A stretch of 64,000 nucleotides of DNA from Mycobacteriales bacterium (GCA_038232055.1 JBBSIN010000002.1:11240-75239), one strand, 5' to 3'; counted from the first letter of the stretch, positions 29,088 to 39,751 are shown. The notes: a model not told the origin generated them from the sequence alone. Translations and numbers: made by a program.

Positions 29088-30004
29088 CAGGCCCCGGCCC
29101 CAGGCGCCCGGTCGTCGTGCTGGGCGACGTGATGACCGACGTCGTGGCCCGACTACGGGAGGGAATCGCGCTCGGCAGCGACGCCGCGGCCGACATCGAG
29201 ATGTGCGGCGGCGGATCGGCGGCCAACACCGCGGCCTGGCTCGCCGGGTGCGGCGTCGACGTGACGCTCGTCGGGCGCATCGGGGCCGACCCGGCCGGGC
29301 GGCGCCAGGTGGCGGAGCTCGCGTCGTACGGCGTCACGCCCCGGTTGGCGGTGGACACTGACCGGCGCACCGGCACCTGCGTCGTCATCGTCGGTCCGGA
29401 CGGGGAGCGGACGATGCTTCCGGACCGAGGTGCCAACCTCGCACTGTCCGCGGACGACGTGCCGCCGGAGCTCTTCAGCACCCGCGCTCACCTGCACGTC
29501 TCCGGATACGCGCTGCTCGACCCCGGCCCGCGGGACGCGGCCAGGCACGCGATGACCCTCGCCCGAGGGAGTGGTCAGACGATCTCGGTCGACGCCTCCT
29601 CCGCTGCGCCGCTCGCCGCCGCAGGCGCAGGCGCCTTTTGGGAGTGGACCGAAGAGTCCGACCTGCTCCTCGCCAACGCCGATGAGGCGTCGCTGCTGGG
29701 CGACGCCATCTCGGCGTACGCCGACGTGGTGGTCAAGCTCGGTGCCGACGGCGCCGAGTGGCGGCGGGGCGGGGTAGTGACCCGGGTGCCCGCGGCCCCG
29801 GCGACGGTCCTCGACACCACCGGTGCCGGCGACGCCTTTGCGGCCGGACTGCTCGCGGCCTGGCTGGCCGGCGCCGAGCCGGACGGGGCGCTGGCAGCCG
29901 GCGCCGGTCTGGCCGCCCGTTGCGTGCAGCGGGTCGGCGCCCGGCCGCAGGCGCGCCCGGCGCGCCGTTGGTCCGGGGGCGGCTCTCGCCCGAACCGGGG
30001 GTAA
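29084..30004 (+). CDS. PfkB-family carbohydrate kinase (pseudouridine kinase-like)
   Basis: '[12 protein letters not shown]' and '[17 protein letters not shown]'. The GTG overlaps the psuG stop (GTGA). Confidence 0.8.
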   Translation: MTGPGPRRPVVVLGDVMTDVVARLREGIALGSDAAADIEMCGGGSAANTAAWLAGCGVDVTLVGRIGADPAGRRQVAELASYGVTPRLAVDTDRRTGTCVVIVGPDGERTMLPDRGANLALSADDVPPELFSTRAHLHVSGYALLDPGPRDAARHAMTLARGSGQTISVDASSAAPLAAAGAGAFWEWTEESDLLLANADEASLLGDAISAYADVVVKLGADGAEWRRGGVVTRVPAAPATVLDTTGAGDAFAAGLLAAWLAGAEPDGALAAGAGLAARCVQRVGARPQARPARRWSGGGSRPNRG

Positions 30005-30216
30005 GCAGTCGCCTCTCGGGCGCCGCGGTGTTACGGTTTCCCCGTTGCGCTACGCCGGGTGGTCGAGGTCGGGAACATTGTCCTGTCCACCCGCGTTGTT
30101 GCTCCTGCGGACCTCCGCTGGATGGGCCCTTGGGGCTCCCGCGACCGCCAGGTCCCGACCGCAGTTCCAGCAGCAACATCATCCGGCGAAGTGATCTCCG
30201 GCAGCAGGCAGTTCCG

Positions 30217-31755
30217 ATGGCACCAAGACCGCACCGAGTGAGGACATCTGTGGCCCCGGCACGTACGGCGAACGCCACCGTCTCTGACCGCCGTTCCGAC
30301 GACACCCTCGTGCACCTCGACGCGCTCATCCAGCGCGGACGAGACCGCGGCGAGCTCGCCGTCACCGAGTTGCGGCACGCCTTCGACTCCGCCGGCATAC
30401 CGGCCGCCCGCGGCAAGAAGATTCTTCGCGAGCTGAGCGACGCGGGGGTCTCCCTCGTCGTCGACGGCGGGCGACCCGGGCGCCGTACCAAGGGCAGCGC
30501 CGCGCCGGCCAAGTCTGCTGCTGCGGCCGGCTCATCTCTACCCGCGGCCGAGTCGGCCGCCAAGCCGGCCAAGACCAAGCCGGCGCGCAAGTCGACCCGC
30601 AAGCCGGCTGCCGCCGCGTCACCCCCGGTCTCGACCGGTGAAGTGGCCGAGCGCCCTGACGGCACGGTGGACAACCCGGCGGCCGGCACGGCGGTGGGTG
30701 CGACGCCCGGCACCGACGGCACTGCCGACGAGGCGCCGCGGGCGCTCTCGGTCGTTCCGGACTCGGAGCCGGAGCCGGAGGACCTCGAGGACGAGGCGGC
30801 TGCGGAGGAGAGCACCGAGGAGGCCAGCGGCGTCTCGGCCGACCTGGTGCGGGTCTACCTCCGGGAGATCGGCAAGGTCGCCCTGCTCAACGCTGAGCAG
30901 GAGGTGGAGCTCTCCAAGCGCATCGAGGCCGGGCTCTTCGCCGCGGACAAGCTGCGCACGGACGACGCTCCCGGCGAGAACGGCGGCCGGGCGCCGTCGC
31001 GTCACGAGTTGGAGTGGATTCGTCGCGACGGCGAGCGGGCCAAGGACCACCTGCTGGAAGCTAACCTGCGCCTCGTCGTCTCGGTCGCCAAGCGTTACAC
31101 CGGGCGCGGGATGGCCTTCCTCGATCTCATCCAGGAGGGCAACCTCGGCCTGGTGCGCGCGGTCGAGAAGTTCGACTACACCAAGGGCTACAAGTTCTCG
31201 ACGTATGCCACCTGGTGGATCCGCCAGGCGATCACCAGGGCGATGGCCGACCAGTCACGCACGATCCGCATCCCGGTGCACATGGTGGAGATCATCAACC
31301 GGGTCACCAGGGCGCAGCGCCAGATGCTCGCCGACCTCGGCCGCGAGCCGACTCCGGACGAGCTCTCCACGCAGGTCGAGATGACCCCCGAGAAGGTGGT
31401 CGAGATCCTGCGCTACGCCCGCGACCCGGTGAGCCTGGACCAGGCCGTCGGTGACGAGGGTGACTCGCTGCTCGGGGACTTCATCGAGGACGCCGACGCG
31501 CCGATCGCGGTCGACGTCGTGAACTTCGGCCTCCTCCAGGACCAGATCGAGGACGTGCTCGCGACACTTCCCGAGCGCGAGGCCATGGTCGTCCGGCTGC
31601 GCTTCGGCTTGAGCGACGGGCAGCCCCGCACGCTCGACGAGATCGGCCGTGAGCTGGGCCTGACTCGAGAGCGGATCCGCCAGATCGAGGCGAAGACGAT
31701 GTCGAAGCTGCGGCACCCGTCGCGGTCGCGCGTGCTCCGCGACTACGTGGAATAG
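30217..31755 (+). CDS. sigA: principal (group 1) RNA polymerase sigma factor
   Basis: Long Ala/Lys/Pro-rich N-terminus, then '[24 protein letters not shown]', '[32 protein letters not shown]', '[18 protein letters not shown]' and '[20 protein letters not shown]'. The start at 30217 is tentative. Confidence 0.9.
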   Translation: MAPRPHRVRTSVAPARTANATVSDRRSDDTLVHLDALIQRGRDRGELAVTELRHAFDSAGIPAARGKKILRELSDAGVSLVVDGGRPGRRTKGSAAPAKSAAAAGSSLPAAESAAKPAKTKPARKSTRKPAAAASPPVSTGEVAERPDGTVDNPAAGTAVGATPGTDGTADEAPRALSVVPDSEPEPEDLEDEAAAEESTEEASGVSADLVRVYLREIGKVALLNAEQEVELSKRIEAGLFAADKLRTDDAPGENGGRAPSRHELEWIRRDGERAKDHLLEANLRLVVSVAKRYTGRGMAFLDLIQEGNLGLVRAVEKFDYTKGYKFSTYATWWIRQAITRAMADQSRTIRIPVHMVEIINRVTRAQRQMLADLGREPTPDELSTQVEMTPEKVVEILRYARDPVSLDQAVGDEGDSLLGDFIEDADAPIAVDVVNFGLLQDQIEDVLATLPEREAMVVRLRFGLSDGQPRTLDEIGRELGLTRERIRQIEAKTMSKLRHPSRSRVLRDYVE

Positions 31756-31757
31756 GC

Positions 31758-32024
31758 GTGATCCGCCGACGCGTCCTGGTCAACGGCGACGTACAGGGTG
31801 TCTTCTTTCGCGACACCTGCCGCCGCGAGGCGACGGCGGCCGGGGTGCGCGGCTGGGTGGGTAACCGTGGTGACGGTGGCGTCGAGGCGGTCTTCGAGGG
31901 CGAGCCGGATGCGGTGGAGCGCTTGGTGGAGTGGTGCCGGCAGGGTCCGGACCACGCATCCGTCACGTCGGTCGACGTCTCCGACGAACCGCCGGAGAGC
32001 CTCGGCGAATTCTCGGTGCGCTGA
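31758..32024 (+). CDS. acyP: acylphosphatase
   Basis: 88 aa. 'VNGDVQGVFFRDTCRREA...GWVGNRGDGGVEAVFEG'. Confidence 0.85.
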   Translation: MIRRRVLVNGDVQGVFFRDTCRREATAAGVRGWVGNRGDGGVEAVFEGEPDAVERLVEWCRQGPDHASVTSVDVSDEPPESLGEFSVR

Positions 32025-32041
32025 CGCCGTACCGTCTCGTC

Positions 32042-32827
32042 GTGCCCGACGCCTTCTTCCGGCAGCTCGACGCCGACCGGTTCGAGGCAACCGAGCACAC
32101 CGCCGGCCCATGGGATCCGCGACACCAGCACGCCGGGCCCCCTTCGGCGCTGCTGGCCCGCGCGATCGAGGCGCTGGCGCCTCGCGAAGCCGTCCTCGTC
32201 GCGCGCATCGCGCTGGACATCCTCGGCCCGCTGCCGCTGGGTGAGGTCACCGTCGACGCCACAATGCTTCGCCCTGGTCGCAGCGTCGAGCTCGTCGAGG
32301 CGCAGCTGTCGGCCGGTGGACGGGCCGTGCTGCGGGCCACCGGGTGGCGGATGCTGGCAAGCCCGTCCGACCTCCCTGCCACGGCGGCGGGCGCCGAGCC
32401 GGCCGGCAAGCTTCCCGCGCCCGATGACTCCCCGGCCGGCATAGGCCCCGGGTGGGACTCCGGTTACCTCTCGGCGATCGAGTGGCGTTTCGTCGCCGGG
32501 CACTTCCTCGAGCGCGGGCCGGCCACGGCGTGGACGCGCATGCGGATTCCGCTCGTGGACGGCGAGGACCCGACGCCCCTGCAACGTGCGCTCGTCGTCG
32601 TCGACTCCGGCAGCGGCGTCAGCAACGTTCTCGACATCGGCTCCTGGCTCTTCGTCAACCCGGACCTCACCTACCACGTCGCCAGGCCGGCTCGGGGCGA
32701 GTGGCTCTGCCTCGACTCGGTCTCCGGGATCCAGGGCGGCGGGATCGGCCTGACCCGCACGACGCTCCGCGACCTCGACGGAATCGTGGGGGTCGGTGCG
32801 CAGTCGCTGTTCGTGGCGCCGCGCTAG
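32042..32827 (+). CDS. thioesterase family protein (acyl-CoA thioesterase-like double hotdog)
   Basis: 'TAGPWDPRHQHAGPPSALLARAIE' and 'NPDLTYHVARPARGEWLCLD'. GTG at 32042. Confidence 0.65.
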   Translation: MPDAFFRQLDADRFEATEHTAGPWDPRHQHAGPPSALLARAIEALAPREAVLVARIALDILGPLPLGEVTVDATMLRPGRSVELVEAQLSAGGRAVLRATGWRMLASPSDLPATAAGAEPAGKLPAPDDSPAGIGPGWDSGYLSAIEWRFVAGHFLERGPATAWTRMRIPLVDGEDPTPLQRALVVVDSGSGVSNVLDIGSWLFVNPDLTYHVARPARGEWLCLDSVSGIQGGGIGLTRTTLRDLDGIVGVGAQSLFVAPR

Positions 32828-32838
32828 CGACGGAAGAC

Positions 32839-33057
32839 CTACGCGCTCTTGCGACGGTTGGGTCCGCCGCGCCCGCGGAACTCGACACCTGCCTCTATCA
32901 GCAGACGGCGTATCCGACCGATGCTGTAACCAGTCGCATCGCAGATCTGGCGGATGCTCCTACCCGACTGGTACTGCCGCAGCAGGTCGGCACGCAGGCA
33001 ATCTCGTTCGTCGCCGGAGATTCGCTGGCCGCGACGCAGTTCTGGAACCTTCGCCAT
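32839..33057 (-). CDS. small helix-turn-helix domain protein
   Basis: 72 aa. 'RSIRQICDATGYSIGRIRRLLIEAGVEFRGRG'. It starts 12 nt downstream of the MT-A70 gene. Confidence 0.7.
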   Translation of the reverse strand: MAKVPELRRGQRISGDERDCLRADLLRQYQSGRSIRQICDATGYSIGRIRRLLIEAGVEFRGRGGPNRRKSA

Positions 33058-33069
33058 GTTGACGTCCTC

Positions 33070-33759
33070 TCAGCGGTACGCCGGATACTGGCGGCCCCGA
33101 GGTTTTACCGTTCGGTCGGCCTCGCTACCCCAGACCGACCAGCCGTCCCTGGGGTAGCGGGCGAACAGTTCGAGGTAGGGCCCGGGACTACACGACTCGA
33201 TGATCTCGTACACCTCGTCGGGCTTTCGCGAGTGCTCACGCTTCCGCGTTTCGATCATGTTCACCTGTCGCCGCCCGGGCGGCAGGGTGCGCATCGACCC
33301 GCGTACGCCGAACAGAACCAGTTCGGTGACGTTGCGGAAGTAGAAACCGACCCCACGCCCGTCCGGGCCGCCGTCCTTGCGGCGCTTCGCCCAAACGAGA
33401 TTCGAGACATAGCGGAACCCCCACGATTGGAGCACCTGCAAACCTTCGGGCAGCAGAGCGTTGGGCACCCACAGGTAGAGGTGTGCCTGCTCGGCTGCCA
33501 CATCGGCCACGGGCAGCCGGCAGATATCGGCCACGGTCAAGGTGTCGTAGCGGTCCAACCGCCGATGCTCCGGGGCCACCTTGCCGGTTCGGTTGGTGAA
33601 TCGCCACGGCGGGTCAGCGAGGACGGTCCGCCACCCGCCCTCGCTGACGGGCAACGAGGGCAGCTCCGGCGTTGAGACGTCGGCTCGGAGGGGCGGCGCC
33701 AGTACCATCCGGCCACGCGGGCGGGGCGGTACGAGATCGGGTAGTGGCAGGGCCGTCAC
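33070..33759 (-). CDS. MT-A70 family (N6-adenine) methyltransferase
   Basis: Catalytic 'VLADPPWRF', then 'LYLWVPNALLPEGLQVLQSWGF' and 'HSRKPDEVYEIIE'. Confidence 0.85.
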   Translation of the reverse strand: MTALPLPDLVPPRPRGRMVLAPPLRADVSTPELPSLPVSEGGWRTVLADPPWRFTNRTGKVAPEHRRLDRYDTLTVADICRLPVADVAAEQAHLYLWVPNALLPEGLQVLQSWGFRYVSNLVWAKRRKDGGPDGRGVGFYFRNVTELVLFGVRGSMRTLPPGRRQVNMIETRKREHSRKPDEVYEIIESCSPGPYLELFARYPRDGWSVWGSEADRTVKPRGRQYPAYR

Positions 33760-33828
33760 CGGTCGAGCTCCCTCTCGGGTCAGCGGATCTTGCTAGAGAA
33801 CCTACCGGTTAGGATCGCCGGGCACCGA

Positions 33829-34416
33829 TCAACGCGCCTTCGCCTTCGCCTCGCGCTTGCGTGCGGCCTTGTAGTCCCGCACCTTCTGCAGCGAGTCCGC
33901 GTCGACGACGTCGGCCACCGAGGAGTGCGTGCCTTCCTCGGCGTACGGCGCGGCCGCCTCCCGCCAGCCCTCGGGCCGGACCGCGAGCTGCTTGCCGAGT
34001 AACGCAAGGAAGATCTTCGCCTTCTGCTGGCCGAAGCCGGGCAGGGCGGTCAGCCGCCGGAGCAGGTCGGCACCGTCGGCGGCGTCACGCCAGACCGCCT
34101 CGGCATCGCCGTCGTAGTCCGCCACGAGCTGGCGGCACAGCGCCAGCACCCGTCCACCCATCGAGCCGGGGAAGCGGTGCACCGCCGGTGGACCGGCCAT
34201 GACCGCCGTGAACGCCTCCGGGTCGCGGCCGGCGATGTCATGGGCGTCGAGGTCGCGCCCAAGCCGCTCGGCAATGACCGCCGGCCCACGGAACGCCTTC
34301 TCCATGGTCACCTGCTGGTCGAGCAGCATGCCGATGAGCAGCGCGAGCGGATCCCGGGACAGGAGCGCGTCGGGCTCGGGCTCGCCGGTCAGGTGCAGAT
34401 CCGGGGACTGCGTCAT
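33829..34416 (-). CDS. HhH-GPD superfamily base-excision repair protein
   Basis: 'LLIGMLLDQQVTMEKAF' and the helix-hairpin-helix 'LTALPGFGQQKAKIFLALL'. Confidence 0.8.
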   Translation of the reverse strand: MTQSPDLHLTGEPEPDALLSRDPLALLIGMLLDQQVTMEKAFRGPAVIAERLGRDLDAHDIAGRDPEAFTAVMAGPPAVHRFPGSMGGRVLALCRQLVADYDGDAEAVWRDAADGADLLRRLTALPGFGQQKAKIFLALLGKQLAVRPEGWREAAAPYAEEGTHSSVADVVDADSLQKVRDYKAARKREAKAKAR

Positions 34417-34453
34417 CCCCAGAGCATTCCAGTTCGTCCCCAGAGCATTCCAG
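34417..34453. repeat. 16-nt direct repeat x2 (ccccagagcattccag) abutting the start codon of the HhH-GPD gene
   Basis: Copies at 34417-34432 and 34438-34453, giving 21-nt periodicity. Confidence 0.8.
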
Positions 34454-34466
34454 GCCTGGGAACTGG

Positions 34467-34496
34467 CCGCCCGCCGCCGGCGACAGCGGCGGGCGG
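34467..34496 (-). terminator. hairpin terminator after the TrmH-family gene
   Basis: 11-bp GC stem ccgcccgccgc / gcggcgggcgg, starting 1 nt after the stop on the minus strand. Confidence 0.55.
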
Positions 34497-34497
34497 A

Positions 34498-35322
34498 TCA
34501 CGGCCGTGCGGGGTCAGCCGAGCCGGCGGGCCGGTGGCCGACCACGTAGCAGGCGACTGCCGCGGCGGCCGCGACGTTGAGCGAGTCGACCCCGGCAGCC
34601 ATCGGGATGCGCACCCGGTCGTCGGCGAGCTCCAGCGCCGCGTTGGTCAGGCCAGACCCCTCCGCGCCCAGGAGGATGGCCAGCCTGGGCGCCAGTTCGA
34701 CGTCCAGTGCCTCAAGGGGCGTCGCGGACGGGTCCGGCGTGAGCGCCAGCAGCCGGTACCCGTGCGCCCGGGCCAGTTCGAGGGCCCCGGGCCACGGATC
34801 GAGCCGGGCATGCGGTACGGCGAAGACGGCGCCCATCGACACCCGGACCGACCTGCGGTACAGCGGATCGGCGCACCGCGGGCTGAGCAGCACCGCGTCG
34901 ATGCCGAGCGCCGCCGCGCAGCGAAAGACCGCACCGACGTTGGTCGAGTTGTTCATGCCCTCCAGCACGACCACCCGAGCGCTCGACGCGAGAACCGACG
35001 CCGCATCGGGCAGCGGGCGGCGCCCCATGGCCGCCAACACGCCCCGGTGCACGTCGAAACCGGTGATCGCCGCAAGCACCTCGGGCGTCGCGACGTAGAC
35101 CGGTGCGCTCCCGGCGAGAGAGGAGAGCCGGTCGGCGTACCGCTCCTGCAGCAGCAGGGAACGCACGGGATAGCCGGACTCGACGGCCCGGCGTACGACA
35201 AGTTCCCCCTCGGCGATGAACAGCCCGTGCCGGGGCTCGACCCGGCGGCGCAGCGCCACGTCGGTGAGCCGGACGTAGTCGGCGACCAGTGGATCGTCGG
35301 CGGCCTGGATCACCGTGGGCAC
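34498..35322 (-). CDS. TrmH/SpoU family RNA 2'-O-methyltransferase
   Basis: '[24 protein letters not shown]', 'LLGAEGSGL' and '[22 protein letters not shown]'. GTG at 35322. Confidence 0.85.
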   Translation of the reverse strand: MPTVIQAADDPLVADYVRLTDVALRRRVEPRHGLFIAEGELVVRRAVESGYPVRSLLLQERYADRLSSLAGSAPVYVATPEVLAAITGFDVHRGVLAAMGRRPLPDAASVLASSARVVVLEGMNNSTNVGAVFRCAAALGIDAVLLSPRCADPLYRRSVRVSMGAVFAVPHARLDPWPGALELARAHGYRLLALTPDPSATPLEALDVELAPRLAILLGAEGSGLTNAALELADDRVRIPMAAGVDSLNVAAAAAVACYVVGHRPAGSADPARP

Positions 35323-35383
35323 GGCCCATTCTGCGTCGTCGGCCGCGGAATCGCCGCCGCGTGCCGCGTGTTTCCGTAAGGAC

Positions 35384-36472
35384 ATGGATCTGACAACGAC
35401 CTCGAAGGACCACCGCGCCATGACCGCCATGAGTCTCGCTTCGGGCCCCGACGCGCCCGAGCAGCCGAACGGCGGCGCTGCGCCGGGCGACGAACCCCGG
35501 GCGCTCGCCGCTTCGCGTTCGCCCGTCCCCCACCCGCCCGCCGACGTCGATGACGAGCCGTCGCTCGACGAGGAGGCGGTAGGCACTGACCTCGTCCGCC
35601 AGTACCTCACCGAGATCGGCAAGGTTCGGCTGCTGACCGCGGAGCAGGAGGTCGACCTCGCCAAGCGGGTCGAGGCCGGCCTCTACGCCACCGAGAAGCT
35701 GCGCACCTCGGCGACCGATCAGACGTCGCGACGGCTCCTCGAGTCCGTGGCCATCGACGGCGACCGAGCCAAGCGGCACCTGCTCGAGGCGAACCTGCGG
35801 CTGGTGGTCTCACTCGCCAAGCGCTACCAGAGCAAGGGCCTGCCACTGCTCGACCTCGTGCAGGAGGGCAACATCGGGCTGGTCCGAGCGGTCGAGAAGT
35901 TCGACTTCGCCAAGGGCTACAAGTTCTCCACGTACGCCACGTGGTGGATCCGCCAGGCCCTGCAGCGGGCGATCGCCGACCAGGGCCGCACCATCCGGGT
36001 GCCGGTCCACATGGCGGAGCAGATCAACCGGGCGCTGCGTGGAAAGCGCGACCTGGCACAGGAGCTCGGCCGCGATCCGTCGTACGAGGAGCTCGCCGAC
36101 TTGCTCGGCGTCACCCCCGAGCGCGTGGAGCAGATCCTCGGCTACGGGCGAGACCCGGTGAGCCTCGACGCTCCGGTCGGCAACGACGGTGACTCGGTCT
36201 TCGGTGACTTCATCGAGGACGCCGACGCGCCGCGCGCCTCCGAGGCGATCGACTTCGCGCTGCTGCAGGGCAGGCTGCGGGCGGTGCTCGCGACGCTGCC
36301 CGAACGGTCCGCTTCCGTCGTCCGGCTGCGGTTCGGGCTCGACGACGGACGTCCGCGGACCCTCGACCAGGTAGGCCGCGCGCTGGGGCTCACCCGTGAG
36401 CGGATTCGACAGATTGAGCGCGAGACGCTGGTCGAACTGCGCCGGCCCGAGCTTCGGGCCTACCTCAACTAG
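35384..36472 (+). CDS. sigB: group 2 (SigB/HrdX-like) sigma-70 factor
   Basis: '[24 protein letters not shown]', '[32 protein letters not shown]' and '[18 protein letters not shown]'. It lacks the long N-terminal extension. Confidence 0.85.
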   Translation: MDLTTTSKDHRAMTAMSLASGPDAPEQPNGGAAPGDEPRALAASRSPVPHPPADVDDEPSLDEEAVGTDLVRQYLTEIGKVRLLTAEQEVDLAKRVEAGLYATEKLRTSATDQTSRRLLESVAIDGDRAKRHLLEANLRLVVSLAKRYQSKGLPLLDLVQEGNIGLVRAVEKFDFAKGYKFSTYATWWIRQALQRAIADQGRTIRVPVHMAEQINRALRGKRDLAQELGRDPSYEELADLLGVTPERVEQILGYGRDPVSLDAPVGNDGDSVFGDFIEDADAPRASEAIDFALLQGRLRAVLATLPERSASVVRLRFGLDDGRPRTLDQVGRALGLTRERIRQIERETLVELRRPELRAYLN

Positions 36473-36501
36473 ACCCGACCGCCGGTCCGACATGAGCTCG
36501 G

Positions 36502-36834
36502 CTACCAGCCGAGCTCGTGCAACCGGTCGTCGTCGATGCCGAAGTGGTGAGCGACCTCGTGCACGACGGTGATGCGGACCTCGTCGACCAGCTCCGCCTC
36601 GTCGCGCGACACTGCGCACAGTGGGCTCCGGTAGACCGTGATCCGGTCCGGCAGTACGCCGGCGTACGACGCTCCCCGCTCGGTCAGCGGCACCCCCTCG
36701 TAGAGGCCGAGCAGGCCGGGCTCCGGGGCGTCGTCCTCGACCAGGACGGCGACGTTGCTCACGAGCCTGCCGAGCTCCGGCGGCAGCCCGTCCAGGGCCT
36801 CGACGACGAGCTGCTCGAACCGCTCGCGCGACAC
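36502..36834 (-). CDS. small zinc metallopeptidase family protein
   Basis: 'ITVVHEVAHHFGIDDDRLHELGW' contains an HExxH motif. GTG at 36834. Confidence 0.7.
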   Translation of the reverse strand: MSRERFEQLVVEALDGLPPELGRLVSNVAVLVEDDAPEPGLLGLYEGVPLTERGASYAGVLPDRITVYRSPLCAVSRDEAELVDEVRITVVHEVAHHFGIDDDRLHELGW

Positions 36835-36844
36835 GTCGATCAGG

Positions 36845-37522
36845 TCAAGGCCCCTCGGCGGTCGCGACGCCGACCGGGCAGGAAAGACCGGTGTCGCCCA
36901 GCCCGCAGTATCCGCCGGGCACCTTCGCGAGATAGGCCTGGTGATAGTCCTCCGCGAAGTAGAACGGCCCTGCGGGGGCGAGCTCCGTGGTGATCGCACC
37001 GTAGCCGGCGGCCTCCAGGACCGGCTGGAACGACGCCCGGGTCTCCTCCGCGACGCGCCGCTGCTCCTCGCTCGTGTAGTAGATCGCCGATCGGTACTGG
37101 GTGCCGACGTCGTTGCCCTGACGCATGCCCTCGGTCGGGTTGTGCGCCTCCCAGAACGCCTTCACGAGCTCCCGGTAGGAGACCTGCGCTGGGTCGAACA
37201 CCACCTGCACCGCCTCGGTGTGCCCGGTGCGCCCGGAACACACCTCCTCGTACGTCGGGTTCGGTGTGAAACCGCCCGCGTAGCCCACGGCCGTGCTGAA
37301 CACCCCCGGGATCTGCCAGAACCGGCGCTCGGCGCCCCAAAAACAGCCGAGGCCGAAGACGGCGACCTCGAGGCCTTCCGGGTACGGCGGCAGCAGCGGA
37401 GTGCCGAGCACGGCGTGCCGGTCGGAGACCCGGAACGGACGATCAGCGCGGCCCGGGAGCGCGTCCTCGGGCGCCGTCATTGTCGTCTTGTGCCGGCCGA
37501 ACAGCATGCGTCGTCCCTTCAT
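36845..37522 (-). CDS. msrA: peptide-methionine (S)-S-oxide reductase
   Basis: '[16 protein letters not shown]' and '[26 protein letters not shown]'. ATG at 37522 sits behind an AGAGG RBS. Confidence 0.9.
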   Translation of the reverse strand: MKGRRMLFGRHKTTMTAPEDALPGRADRPFRVSDRHAVLGTPLLPPYPEGLEVAVFGLGCFWGAERRFWQIPGVFSTAVGYAGGFTPNPTYEEVCSGRTGHTEAVQVVFDPAQVSYRELVKAFWEAHNPTEGMRQGNDVGTQYRSAIYYTSEEQRRVAEETRASFQPVLEAAGYGAITTELAPAGPFYFAEDYHQAYLAKVPGGYCGLGDTGLSCPVGVATAEGP

Positions 37523-37566
37523 TGCGGTACCTCTGGCAACCGCGGTCGCTCGGCCGGGATTCCCGG

Positions 37567-38613
37567 TCACCGACGTCGAGGCCCCCTGGAGCGCAGCTCG
37601 CGCCGGCGCATTCCGACCGGATTGATGCCGGCATCGAGCGCACGCTCGATGAGCCGGGCCAGTCGGTACGAAGGGTCGACCGCCAGCGCGCGCTCGACCG
37701 CGATGCGGGCCAGCGCGCCGTGCCCGGTGCGCCACGCGGTGTTGGCCAACAACGTGGCGGGCGCCACGTCGTAGCCCGGTGGCGCCCGCCGCGTCAGCTC
37801 CGTCCACAGCGAGATCGCGGCCTCGCCGCGGACGCCCTCGACCCACTCGGCAGCCTGGTCACGGGTCGGCAGGTCGAGGACCGCGAGCAGCAAGCTCGCC
37901 GCTACGTCATCACCGAGCGGGACGTACGCCCCCTCCAGCCGGTCCCGCAGCACCGCGGTCAGCTGCGAGCGCCATGCCGCCCGCTGTCGAGTCAACGCGC
38001 CCCGGTTGGCGAGCTGGCCGGCGAGCTCGCTCACCCTTCGCTCGACCGCCTGCTCCATCGCCAGCAGTCGCACGCCGCTGTCCGGCCGGATCGTCTCGGC
38101 CAGCGCCTCTCGGCTGGGCAGCGCCGCCATGCCCGCGTGTACCAGCTGTGCAGCGACTCGGGATGGCCCGCCGGTCTCGGTCGCCGGCACGACCGGCGTG
38201 CCCTCGGTCGGGCAGCAGCGCTCGCTGCCGCACAGATAGGACCACCAGCGACCGGCCGAGACCCGCAGTGCCTCGCGCACTCGCACGCCGCGATCTTCCA
38301 GAGCCGGTCGCAGCAGCGGCCACATCCCGGTCTCGTCGTCGGCATAGATCACGACAACCGCCTCCGCGGCGCCGTCGCGCGCGATGTGCTCGGCCATGGC
38401 GGCCAGCGCGTCGGCCGCGACGTCGCCGGATGGCAGGTCGCCGCGCAAGATGAGACCGACCCGCCGCCGGGCACCACGCAGCGAGAGGACGACGACGCTC
38501 TCGACCGGCTGGAACCCGAGCAGGTAGGGAACGGCGGCGACGATCTCTGCCGGCTCGCGCAGCTTGAGCACGGGCGGAGCCACGGTGACGGTCGACGGGG
38601 CGGCATCGCTCAT
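37567..38613 (-). CDS. DUF4192 domain protein
   Basis: '[26 protein letters not shown]' is the N-terminal signature as remembered for DUF4192. 349 aa. Confidence 0.7.
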   Translation of the reverse strand: MSDAAPSTVTVAPPVLKLREPAEIVAAVPYLLGFQPVESVVVLSLRGARRRVGLILRGDLPSGDVAADALAAMAEHIARDGAAEAVVVIYADDETGMWPLLRPALEDRGVRVREALRVSAGRWWSYLCGSERCCPTEGTPVVPATETGGPSRVAAQLVHAGMAALPSREALAETIRPDSGVRLLAMEQAVERRVSELAGQLANRGALTRQRAAWRSQLTAVLRDRLEGAYVPLGDDVAASLLLAVLDLPTRDQAAEWVEGVRGEAAISLWTELTRRAPPGYDVAPATLLANTAWRTGHGALARIAVERALAVDPSYRLARLIERALDAGINPVGMRRRELRSRGPRRR

Positions 38614-38715
38614 GTCGAGAGCCTCTTCGCCTGAGGAGCCGGCGGAAAGCGGTGTCGCCGCAGCTGTGGATAACCCATCGACCTCGCGACGAGTGGTTGT
38701 GGACGAGCCGTCGCG

Positions 38716-39585
38716 GTGGGGTACGACGGGCACATGCCACAACCGCTCGACCTCGACCTCGAACTCGCATCGCCCGCCGCCACAACGCCGCCCGAGGGCG
38801 CCCTCACCTTCATCGGCACCGCCACCACGCTGCTTCGCTACGCCGGTTTCACGGTGCTCACCGACCCGAACTTCCTGCATCGCGGTGGCCTGCTGCACGT
38901 CGGCGACGGCATCATCACGCGCAGGCTGACCCAGCCGGCCCTGACCATCGAGCAGCTGCCGCCGGTCGACGTCGTGGTCCTTTCCCACCTGCACGGCGAC
39001 CACTGGGACCGGGTCGCCCGGCGCGGGCTGCCCAAGTCCCTGCCCGTGCTGACGACCAGGCACGCCGCGCGCGCTCTACGGCGGCAGGGCTTCCAGCAGG
39101 CGGTGGCGATGAACACCTGGCAAACGCAGGTCGTCCGCCGTGGCGGCGCGACGCTGAGCGTCACCTCCCTGCCCGGGCTGCACGGGCGCGGCGTGGCCCG
39201 CCTGATCACCCCGCCGGTCATGGGCAGCCTGCTCGACTTCGAGCCGGCGTCCGGACCGCGGCTGCGCGCCTACATCACCGGGGACACCCTCGTGCACGAC
39301 GCGCTGCGTGAGATTCCCGCGCGCCAACCGGAGATCGACGTCGGCATCGTGCATCTCGGCGGCACCCGGGTTCTGGGGATGCTGCTGACGATGGACGCGA
39401 AGGAGGGCATCGAGCTGCTCGACATCGTCCGTCCGCGGCGCGCCGTACCGATCCACTACGACGACTACCGCATCTTCCGCAGCCCGCTCTCCGACTTCCG
39501 GACAGCGGTGGCCGAGCGCGGACTTGCCGACCGGATCACCTTCGTCGACCGGGGGCAGACGGTGCCCCTCTTACCGGGGAACTGA
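38716..39585 (+). CDS. MBL-fold metallo-hydrolase
   Basis: 'VDVVVLSHLHGDHWD' and 'VHLGGTRVLGMLLTMD'. An alternative start is at 38734. Confidence 0.8.
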   Translation: MGYDGHMPQPLDLDLELASPAATTPPEGALTFIGTATTLLRYAGFTVLTDPNFLHRGGLLHVGDGIITRRLTQPALTIEQLPPVDVVVLSHLHGDHWDRVARRGLPKSLPVLTTRHAARALRRQGFQQAVAMNTWQTQVVRRGGATLSVTSLPGLHGRGVARLITPPVMGSLLDFEPASGPRLRAYITGDTLVHDALREIPARQPEIDVGIVHLGGTRVLGMLLTMDAKEGIELLDIVRPRRAVPIHYDDYRIFRSPLSDFRTAVAERGLADRITFVDRGQTVPLLPGN

Positions 39586-39592
39586 ACACAGG

Positions 39593-39751
39593 CCGGTCCG
39601 CCCAGCGTCACCCGCTGGACGGACCGGCTCATGCCGGAATCCTTGGTCGATCTCCTTCGCGTGGCCCGTGGCGGTTAGTTGATCTCCACGTGACGCTGCC
39701 GGCAACAACAGCCAGGGCGAAGGAGACCGCAACCGGACGCACGACCGCGAT
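39593..39751. repeat. structured ~120-nt repeat, copy B (hairpin, 16-codon micro-ORF, long-range stem)
   Basis: Hairpin at 39593-39627 (ccggtccg..cggaccgg). The micro-ORF at 39631-39678 encodes MPESLVDLLRVARGG*. GTCGATCTCCTTCGC pairs with GCGAAGGAGACCG. Homologous to 21358-21478. Confidence 0.6.

Noticed and set aside
21358-39751. Repeat copies A and B as attL/attR of an 18-kb integrated element.
   Set aside because: The copies are only ~85% identical. The intervening DNA is conserved core synteny (psuG, sigA, sigB, msrA and others) with no integrase.
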